This document shows, one piece after another, positions 1-10,502 of a stretch of 18,161 nucleotides of DNA. The position numbers and the translations under genes were made by a program. The notes beneath the pieces are model-generated. The model was not told the origin of the DNA and searched no databases. It worked only from the letters and a program-made list of their open reading frames with translations. The DNA lies in the NCBI GenBank assembly GCA_043228905.1, contig JBHGNT010000660.1:1-18161 (forward strand). Direction: 5' to 3'. Positions within the stretch are counted from its first letter, which is position 1, and the number at the start of each line of letters is the position of its first letter. Source of the stretch: Azolla caroliniana. Taxonomy: Eukaryota > Plantae > Polypodiophyta.

Positions 1-1246
1 AAGTCGAGAGACATGAAGAAATTACCAAATTTGAGGAGTGAGGTTGGAAGAGCGCGTGAGTGAATTAAAATGTTCATACCTGGCTCGTGTGATATCGGAT
101 TTTTGTGTTCAAACATGCAAATCGAAGCTAACAACGCTAGCTATGATATGGAATTAAAAAATCAAGATTTTGAAACTCAGCTCGAGAGACATGACGAAAT
201 TTCCAAATTTGAGGAGGGAGTTGAGAAGAGCTAGTAGGTAAATTACACTGTTCATACCTGGTTCGTGTGATATCGGATTTTTGTGTTCAAACATGCGAAT
301 CGAAGCTAACAACGCTAGCTATGATATGGAATTAAAAAATCAAGATTTTGAAACTCAGGTCGAGAGACATGACGAAATTAGCAAATTTGAGGAGGGAGTT
401 GAGAAGAGCTAGTAGGTAAATTACAATGTTCATACCTGGCTCGTGTGATATCGGATTTTTGTGTTCAAACATGCAAATCGAAGCTAACAACGCTAGCTAT
501 GATATGGAATTAAAAATCAAGATTTTGCAACTCAAGTCGAGAGACATGAAGAAATTACCAAATTTGAGGAGTGAGGTTGGAAGAGCGCGTGAGTGAATTA
601 AAATGTTCATACCTGGCTCGTGTGATATCGGATTTTTGTGTTCAAACATGCAAGTCGAAGCTAACAACGTTAGCTATGATATGGAATTAAAAAATCAAGA
701 TTTTGAAACTCAGGTCGAGAGACATGACGAAATTTCCAAATTTGAGGAGGGAGTTGAGAAGAGCTAGTAGGTAAATTACACTGTTCATACCTGGTTCGTG
801 TGATATCGGATTTTTGTGTTCAAACATGCGAATCGAAGCTAAGAACGCTAGCTATGATATGGAATTAAAAATCAAGATTTTGCAACTCAAGTCGAGAGAC
901 ATGAAGAAATTACCAAATTTGAGGAGTGAGGTTGGAAGAGCGCGTGAGTGAATTAAAATGTTCATACCTGGCTCGTGTGATATCGGATTTTTGTGTTCAA
1001 ACATGCAAATCGAAGCTAACAACGCTAGCTATGATATGGAATTAAAAAATCAAGATTTCGAAACTAAGGTCGAGAGGCATGACGAAATTAGCAAATTTGA
1101 GGAGTGAGTTGAGAGGAGCCCTTGAGTAAATTAAAATGTTCATACCTGGCTCGTGTGATATCGGATTTTTGTGTTCAAACATGCGAATCGAAGCTAACAA
1201 CGCTAGCTATGATATGGAATTAAAAAATCAAGATTTTGAAACTAAG

Positions 1247-3026
1247 GTCGAAAGACATGACGAAATTAGCAAATTTGAGGAGTGAGTTGAGAGGAGCCCT
1301 TGAGTAAATTAAAATGTTCATACCTAGCGAGTGTGATATCGGATTTTTGTGTACAAACATGCGAATCGAAACTAACAACGCTAGCTATGATATGGAATTA
1401 AAAAATCAAGATTTTGAAACTAAGGTCGAGAGACATGACGAAATTAGCAAATTTGAGGAGTGAGTTGAGAGGAGCCCTTGAGTAAATTAAAATGGTTATA
1501 CCTAGCGAGTGTGATATCGGATTTTTGTGTTCAAACATGCGAATCGAAGCTAACAACGGTAGCTATGATATGGAATTAAAAAATCAAGATTTTGAAACAC
1601 AGGTCGAGAGACATGACGAAATTACCAAATTTGAGGAGGGAGTTGAGAAGAGCTAGTAGGTAAATTAAAATGTTCATACCTGGCTCGTGTGATATCGGAT
1701 TTTTGTGTACAAACATGCGAATCGAAGCTAACAACGCTAGCTATGATATGGAATTAAAAAATCAAGATTTTGAAACTCAGGTCGAGAGACATGACGAAAT
1801 TAGCAAATTTGAGGAGTGAGTTGAGAGGAGCCCTTGAGTAAATTAAAATGTTCATACCTAGCGAGTGTGATATCGGATTTTTGTGTACAAACATGCGAAT
1901 CGAAGCTAACAACGCTAGCTATGATATGGAATTAAAAAATCAAGATTTTGAAACTAAGGTCGAGAGACATGACGAAATTAGCAAATTTGAGGAGTGAGTT
2001 GAGAGGAGCCCTTGAGTAAATTAAAATGTTCATACCTAGCGAGCGTGATATCGGATTTTTGTGTTCAAACATGCGAATCGAAGCTAACAACGCTAGCTAT
2101 GATATGGAATTAAAAAATCAAAATTTGGAAACTAAGGTCGAAAGACATGACGAAATTAGCAAATTTGAGGAGTGAGTTGAGAGGAGCCCTTGAGTAAATT
2201 AAAATGTTCATACCTAGCGAGTGTGATATCGGATTTTTGTGTACAAACATGCGAATCGAAACTAACAACGCTAGCTATGATATGGAATTAAAAAATCAAG
2301 ATTTTGAAACTAAGGTCGAGAGACATGACGAAATTAGCAAATTTGAGGAGTGAGTTGAGAGGAGCCCTTGAGTAAATTAAAATGGTTATACCTAGCGAGT
2401 GTGATATCGGATTTTTGTGTTCAAACATGCGAATCGAAGCTAACAACGGTAGCTATGATATGGAATTAAAAAATCAAGATTTTGAAACACAGGTCGAGAG
2501 ACATGACGAAATTACCAAATTTGAGGAGGGAGTTGAGAAGAGCTAGTAGGTAAATTAAAATGTTCATACCTGGCTCGTGTGATATCGGATTTTTGTGTAC
2601 AAACATGCGAATCGAAGCTAACAACGCTAGCTATGATATGGAATTAAAAAATCAAGATTTTGAAACTCAGGTCGAGAGACATGACGAAATTAGCAAATTT
2701 GAGGAGTGAGTTGAGAGGAGCCCTTGAGTAAATTAAAATGTTCATACCTAGCGAGTGTGATATCGGATTTTTGTGTACAAACATGCGAATCGAAGCTAAC
2801 AACGCTAGCTATGATATGGAATTAAAAAATCAAGATTTTGAAACTAAGGTCGAGAGACATGACGAAATTAGCAAATTTGAGGAGTGAGTTGAGAGGAGCC
2901 CTTGAGTAAATTAAAATATTCATACCTAGCGAGCGTGATATCGGATTTTTGTGTTCAAACATGCGAATCGAAGCTAAGAACGCTAGCTATGATATGGATT
3001 TAAAAAATCAAGATTTTGAAACACAG
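1247..3026. repeat. 5-monomer (890-bp) tandem duplication (1247-2136, 2137-3026)
   Basis: Both units start with GTCGAAAGAC plus GAAACTAAC, then an ATGGTTATA/AACGGTAG monomer, a B monomer, A(GAGTGTG, TGTACA) and A(GAGCGTG). Confidence 0.9.
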
Positions 3027-6000
3027 GTCGAGAGACATGACGAAATTACCAAATTTGAGGAGGGAGTTGAGAAGAGCTAGTAGGTAAATTAAAATGTTCA
3101 TACCTGGCTCGTGTGATATCGGATTTTTGTGTTCAAACATGCGAATCGAAGCTAACAACGCTAGCTATGATATGGAATTAAAAAATCAAGATTTTGAAAC
3201 TAAGGTCGAGAGACATGACGAAATTAGCAAATTTGAGGAGTGAGTTGAGAGGAGCCCTTGAGTAAATTAAAATGGATATACCTAGCGAGTGTGATATCGG
3301 ATTTTTGTGTTCAAACATGCGAATCGAAGCTAACAACGGTAGCTATGATATGGAATTAAAAAATCAAGATTTTGAAACACAGGTCGAGAGACATGACGAA
3401 ATTACCAAATTTGAGGAGGGAGTTGAGAAGAGCTAGTAGGTAAATTAAAATGTTCATACCTGGCTCGTGTGATATCGGATTTTTGTGTACAAACATGCGA
3501 ATCGAAGCTAACAACGCTAGCTATGATATGGAATTAAAAAATCAAGATTTTGAAACTCAGGTCGAGAGACATGACGAAATTAGCAAATTTGAGGAGTGAG
3601 TTGAGAGGAGCCCTTGAGTAAATTAAAATGTTCATACCTAGCGAGTGTGATATCGGATTTTTGTGTACAAACATGCGAATCGAAGCTAACAACGCTAGCT
3701 ATGATATGGAATTAAAAAATCAAGATTTTGAAACTAAGGTCGAGAGACATGACGAAATTAGCAAATTTGAGGAGTGAGTTGAGAGGAGCCCTTGAGTAAA
3801 TTAAAATGTTCATACCTAGCGAGCGTGATATCGGATTTTTGTGTTCAAACATGCGAATCGAAGCTAACAACGGTAGCTATGATATGGAATTAAAAAATCA
3901 AGATTTTGAAACACAGGTCGAGAGACATGACGAAATTACCAAATTTGAGGAGGGAGTTGAGAAGAGCTAGTAGGTAAATTAAAATGTTCATACCTGGCTC
4001 GTGTGATATCGGATTTTTGTGTACAAACATGCGAATCGAAGCTAACAACGCTAGCTATGATATGGAATTAAAAAATCAAGATTTTGAAACTCAGGTCGAG
4101 AGATATGACGAAATTAGCAAATTTGAGGAGTGAGTTGAGAGGAGCCCTTGAGTAAATTAAAATGTTCATACCTAGCGAGTGTGATATCGGATTTTTGTGT
4201 ACAAACATGCGAATCGAAGCTAACAACGCTAGCTATGATATGGAATTAAAAAATCAAGATTTTGAAACTAAGGTCGAGAGACATGACGAAATTAGCAAAT
4301 TTGAGGAGTGAGTTGAGAGGAGCCCTTGAGTAAATTAAAATGTTCATACCTAGCGAGCGTGATATCGGATTTTTGTGTTCAAACATGCGAATCGAAGCTA
4401 ACAACGCTAGCTATGATATGGAATTAAAAAATCAAGATTTTGAAACTCAGGTCGAGAGACATGACGAAATTACCAAATTTGAGGAGTGAGTTGAGAGGAG
4501 CCCTTGAGTAAATTAAAATGTTCATACCTGGCTCGTGTGATATCGGATTTTTGTGTTCAAACATGCAAATCGAAGCTAACAACGCTAGCTATGATATGGA
4601 ATTAAAAAATCAAGATTTTGAAACTCAGGTCGAGAGACATGACGAAATTAGCAAATTTGAGGAGTGAGTTGAGAGGAGCCCTTGAGTAAATTAAAATGTT
4701 CATACCTAGCGAGCGTGATATCGGATTTTTGTGTTCAAACATGCGAATCGAAGCTAACAACGCTAGCTATGATATGGAATTGAAAAATCAAGATTTTGAA
4801 ACTCAGGTCGAGAGACATGACGAAATTAGCAAATTTGAGGAGTGAGTTGAGAGGAGCCCTTGAGTAAATTAAAATGTTCATACCTAGCGAGCGTGATATC
4901 GGATTTTTGTGTTCAAACATGCGAATCGAAGCTAACAACGCTAGCTATGATATGGATTTAAAAAATCAAGATTTTGAAACACAGGTCGAGAGACATGACG
5001 AAATTACCAAATTTGAGGAGGGAGTTGAGAAGAGCTAGTAGGTAAATTAAAATGTTCATACCTGGCTCGTGTGATATCGGATTTTTGTGTTCAAACATGC
5101 GAATCGAAGCTAACAACGCTAGCTATGATATGGAATTAAAAAATCAAGATTTTGAAACTAAGGTCGAGAGACATGACGAAATTAGCAAATTTGAGGAGTG
5201 AGTTGAGAGGAGCCCTTGAGTAAATTAAAATGGTTATACCTAGCGAGTGTGATATCGGATTTTTGTGTTCAAACATGCGAATCGAAGCTAACAACGGTAG
5301 CTATGATATGGAATTAAAAAATCAAGATTTTGAAACACAGGTCGAGAGACATGACGAAATTACCAAATTTGAGGAGGGAGTTGAGAAGAGCTAGTAGGTA
5401 AATTAAAATGTTCATACCTGGCTCGTGTGATATCGGATTTTTGTGTACAAACATGCGAATCGAAGCTAACAACGCTAGCTATGATATGGAATTAAAAAAT
5501 CAAGATTTTGAAACTCAGGTCGAGAGACATGACGAAATTAGCAAATTTGAGGAGTGAGTTGAGAGGAGCCCTTGAGTAAATTAAAATGTTCATACCTAGC
5601 GAGTGTGATATCGGATTTTTGTGTACAAACATGCGAATCGAAGCTAACAACGCTAGCTATGATATGGAATTAAAAAATCAAGATTTTGAAACTAAGGTCG
5701 AGAGACATGACGAAATTAGCAAATTTGAGGAGTGAGTTGAGAGGAGCCCTTGAGTAAATTAAAATGTTCATACCTAGCGAGCGTGATATCGGATTTTTGT
5801 GTTCAAACATGCGAATCGAAGCTAACAACGCTAGCTATGATATGGAATTAAAAAATCAAGATTTTGAAACACAGGTCGAGAGACATGACGAAATTACCAA
5901 ATTTGAGGAGGGAGTTGAGAAGAGCTAGTAGGTAAATTAAAATGTTCATACCTGGCTCGTGTGATATCGGATTTTTGTGTACAAACATGCGAATCGAAGC

Positions 6001-8900
6001 TAACAACGCTAGCTATGATATGGAATTAAAAAATCAAGATTTTGAAACTCAGGTCGAGAGATATGACGAAATTAGCAAATTTGAGGAGTGAGTTGAGAGG
6101 AGCCCTTGAGTAAATTAAAATGTTCATACCTAGCGAGTGTGATATCGGATTTTTGTGTACAAACATGCGAATCGAAGCTAACAACGCTAGCTATGATATG
6201 GAATTAAAAAATCAAGATTTTGAAACTAAGGTCGAGAGACATGACGAAATTAGCAAATTTGAGGAGTGAGTTGAGAGGAGCCCTTGAGTAAATTAAAATG
6301 TTCATACCTAGCGAGCGTGATATCGGATTTTTGTGTTCAAACATGCGAATCGAAGCTAACAACGCTAGCTATGATATGGAATTAAAAAATCAAGATTTTG
6401 AAACTCAGGTCGAGAGACATGACGAAATTACCAAATTTGAGGAGTGAGTTGAGAGGAGCCCTTGAGTAAATTAAAATGTTCATACCTGGCTCGTGTGATA
6501 TCGGATTTTTGTGTTCAAACATGCAAATCGAAGCTAACAACGCTAGCTATGATATGGAATTAAAAAATCAAGATTTTGAAACTCAGGTCGAGAGACATGA
6601 CGAAATTAGCAAATTTGAGGAGTGAGTTGAGAGGAGCCCTTGAGTAAATTAAAATGTTCATACCTAGCGAGCGTGATATCGGATTTTTGTGTTCAAACAT
6701 GCGAATCGAAGCTAACAACGCTAGCTATGATATGGAATTGAAAAATCAAGATTTTGAAACTCAGGTCGAGAGACATGACGAAATTAGCAAATTTGAGGAG
6801 TGAGTTGAGAGGAGCCCTTGAGTAAATTAAAATGTTCATACCTAGCGAGCGTGATATCGGATTTTTGTGTTCAAACATGCGAATCGAAGCTAACAACGCT
6901 AGCTATGATATGGATTTAAAAAATCAAGATTTTGAAACACAGGTCGAGAGACATGACGAAATTACCAAATTTGAGGAGGGAGTTGAGAAGAGCTAGTAGG
7001 TAAATTAAAATGTTCATACCTGGCTCGTGTGATATCGGATTTTTGTGTTCAAACATGCGAATCGAAGCTAACAACGCTAGCTATGATATGGAATTAAAAA
7101 ATCAAGATTTTGAAACTAAGGTCGAGAGACATGACGAAATTAGCAAATTTGAGGAGTGAGTTGAGAGGAGCCCTTGAGTAAATTAAAATGGTTATACCTA
7201 GCGAGTGTGATATCGGATTTTTGTGTTCAAACATGCGAATCGAAGCTAACAACGGTAGCTATGATATGGAATTAAAAAATCAAGATTTTGAAACACAGGT
7301 CGAGAGACATGACGAAATTACCAAATTTGAGGAGGGAGTTGAGAAGAGCTAGTAGGTAAATTAAAATGTTCATACCTGGCTCGTGTGATATCGGATTTTT
7401 GTGTACAAACATGCGAATCGAAGCTAACAACGCTAGCTATGATATGGAATTAAAAAATCAAGATTTTGAAACTCAGGTCGAGAGACATGACGAAATTAGC
7501 AAATTTGAGGAGTGAGTTGAGAGGAGCCCTTGAGTAAATTAAAATGTTCATACCTAGCGAGTGTGATATCGGATTTTTGTGTACAAACATGCGAATCGAA
7601 GCTAACAACGCTAGCTATGATATGGAATTAAAAAATCAAGATTTTGAAACTAAGGTCGAGAGACATGACGAAATTAGCAAATTTGAGGAGTGAGTTGAGA
7701 GGAGCCCTTGAGTAAATTAAAATGTTCATACCTAGCGAGCGTGATATCGGATTTTTGTGTTCAAACATGCGAATCGAAGCTAACAACGCTAGCTATGATA
7801 TGGAATTAAAAAATCAAGATTTTGAAACACAGGTCGAGAGACATGACGAAATTACCAAATTTGAGGAGGGAGTTGAGAAGAGCTAGTAGGTAAATTAAAA
7901 TGTTCATACCTGGCTCGTGTGATATCGGATTTTTGTGTACAAACATGCGAATCGAAGCTAACAACGCTAGCTATGATATGGAATTAAAAAATCAAGATTT
8001 TGAAACTCAGGTCGAGAGATATGACGAAATTAGCAAATTTGAGGAGTGAGTTGAGAGGAGCCCTTGAGTAAATTAAAATGTTCATACCTAGCGAGTGTGA
8101 TATCGGATTTTTGTGTACAAACATGCGAATCGAAGCTAACAACGCTAGCTATGATATGGAATTAAAAAATCAAGATTTTGAAACTAAGGTCGAGAGACAT
8201 GACGAAATTAGCAAATTTGAGGAGTGAGTTGAGAGGAGCCCTTGAGTAAATTAAAATGTTCATACCTAGCGAGCGTGATATCGGATTTTTGTGTTCAAAC
8301 ATGCGAATCGAAGCTAACAACGCTAGCTATGATATGGAATTAAAAAATCAAGATTTTGAAACTCAGGTCGAGAGACATGACGAAATTACCAAATTTGAGG
8401 AGTGAGTTGAGAGGAGCCCTTGAGTAAATTAAAATGTTCATACCTGGCTCGTGTGATATCGGATTTTTGTGTTCAAACATGCAAATCGAAGCTAACAACG
8501 CTAGCTATGATATGGAATTAAAAAATCAAGATTTTGAAACTCAGGTCGAGAGACATGACGAAATTAGCAAATTTGAGGAGTGAGTTGAGAGGAGCCCTTG
8601 AGTAAATTAAAATGTTCATACCTAGCGAGCGTGATATCGGATTTTTGTGTTCAAACATGCGAATCGAAGCTAACAACGCTAGCTATGATATGGAATTGAA
8701 AAATCAAGATTTTGAAACTCAGGTCGAGAGACATGACGAAATTAGCAAATTTGAGGAGTGAGTTGAGAGGAGCCCTTGAGTAAATTAAAATGTTCATACC
8801 TAGCGAGCGTGATATCGGATTTTTGTGTTCAAACATGCGAATCGAAGCTAACAACGCTAGCTATGATATGGATTTAAAAAATCAAGATTTTGAAACACAG
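3027..8900. repeat. Higher-order repeat: 11-monomer (1958-bp) unit x3 (3027-4984, 4985-6942, 6943-8900)
   Basis: The subtype order B-A-B-A-A-B-A-A-A-A-A repeats three times. Private SNPs recur at exactly 1958-bp spacing: GAATTG at 4782/6740/8698 and GAGATATG in monomers 4095/6053/8011. The identical 67-aa ORFs at 4735/6693/8651 show the same period. Confidence 0.96.
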
Positions 8901-10502
8901 GTCGAGAGACATGACGAAATTACCAAATTTGAGGAGGGAGTTGAGAAGAGCTAGTAGGTAAATTAAAATGTTCATACCTGGCTCGTGTGATATCGGATTT
9001 TTGTGTTCAAACATGCGAATCGAAGCTAACAACGCTAGCTATGATATGGAATTAAAAAATCAAGATTTTGAAACTAAGGTCGAGAGACATGACGAAATTA
9101 GCAAATTTGAGGAGTGAGTTGAGAGGAGCCCTTGAGTAAATTAAAATGGTTATACCTAGCGAGTGTGATATCGGATTTTTGTGTTCAAACATGCGAATCG
9201 AAGCTAACAACGGTAGCTATGATATGGAATTAAAAAATCAAGATTTTGAAACACAGGTCGAGAGACATGACGAAATTACCAAATTTGAGGAGGGAGTTGA
9301 GAAGAGCTAGTAGGTAAATTAAAATGTTCATACCTGGCTCGTGTGATATCGGATTTTTGTGTACAAACATGCGAATCGAAGCTAACAACGCTAGCTATGA
9401 TATGGAATTAAAAAATCAAGATTTTGAAACTCAGGTCGAGAGACATGACGAAATTAGCAAATTTGAGGAGTGAGTTGAGAGGAGCCCTTGAGTAAATTAA
9501 AATGTTCATACCTAGCGAGCGTGATATCGGATTTTTTTGTTCAAACATGTGAATCGAAGCTAACAACGCTAGCTATGATATGGAATTAAAAAATCAAGAT
9601 TTTGAAACACAGGTCGAGAGACATGACGAAATTACCAAATTTGAGGAGAGAGTTGAGAAGAGCTAGTAGGTAAATTAAAATGTTCATACCTGGCTCGTGT
9701 GATATCGGATTTTTGTGTACAAACATGCGAATCGAAGCTAACAACGCTAGCTATGATATGGAATTAAAAAATCAAGATTTTGAAACTCAGGTCGAGAGAC
9801 ATGACGAAATTAGCAAATTTGAGGAGTGAGTTGAGAGGAGCCCTTGAGTAAATTAAAATGTTCATACCTAGCGAGTGTGATATCGGATTTTTGTGTACAA
9901 ACATGCGAATCGAAACTAACAACGCTAGCTATGATATGGAATTAAAAAATCAAGATTTTGAAACTAAGGTCGAGAGACATGACGAAATTAGCAAATTTGA
10001 GGAGTGAGTTGAGAGGAGCCCTTGAGTAAATTAAAATGTTCATACCTAGCGAGCGTGATATCGGATTTTTGTGTTCAAACATGCGAATCGAAGCTAACAA
10101 CGCTAGCTATGATATGGAATTAAAAAATCAAGATTTTGAAACTCAGGTCGAGAGACATGACGAAATTACCAAATTTGAGGAGTGAGTTGAGAGGAGCCCT
10201 TGAGTAAATTAAAATGTTCATACCTGGCTCGTGTGATATCGGATTTTTGTGTTCAAACATGCAAATCGAAGCTAACAATGCTAGCTATGATATGGAATTA
10301 AAAAATCAAGATTTTGAAACTCAGGTCGAGAGACATGACGAAATTAGCAAATTTGAGGAGTGAGTTGAGAGGAGCCCTTGAGTAAATTAAAATGTTCATA
10401 CCTAGCGAGCGTGATATCGGATTTTTGTGTTCAAACATGCGAATCGAAGCTAACAACGCTAGCTATGATATGGATTTAAAAAATCAAGATTTTGAAACTA
10501 AG
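8901..10502. repeat. Shortened 9-monomer (1602-bp) variant of the 11-mer HOR
   Basis: The order is B-A-B-A-B-A-A-A-A. It matches the HOR up to ~9519, then lacks one monomer-equivalent from HOR positions 4/5 and the GAATTG-bearing monomer-equivalent. It has extra private SNPs (e.g. 9550, 10279). Confidence 0.85.

Noticed and set aside
1781-1958. Internal sub-repeat origin of the monomer (ACATGACGAAAT/ACATGCGAAT, TGATATCGGA/TGATATGGA, TGTTCATA/TGTTCAAA) and phased A tracts
   Set aside because: The short similarities lie at inconsistent offsets (~102, ~54 and ~35 bp) and do not define a half- or third-monomer period. A 10-bp A-tract phasing could not be established by eye.
4735-8854. Three identical 67-aa minus-strand ORFs (4735-4938, 6693-6896, 8651-8854)
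   Set aside because: They exist only because the GAATTA>GAATTG SNP (4782, 6740, 8698) turns a minus-strand TAA into CAA. They start at a non-ATG codon, lie wholly in satellite, and simply mark the 1958-bp HOR period.
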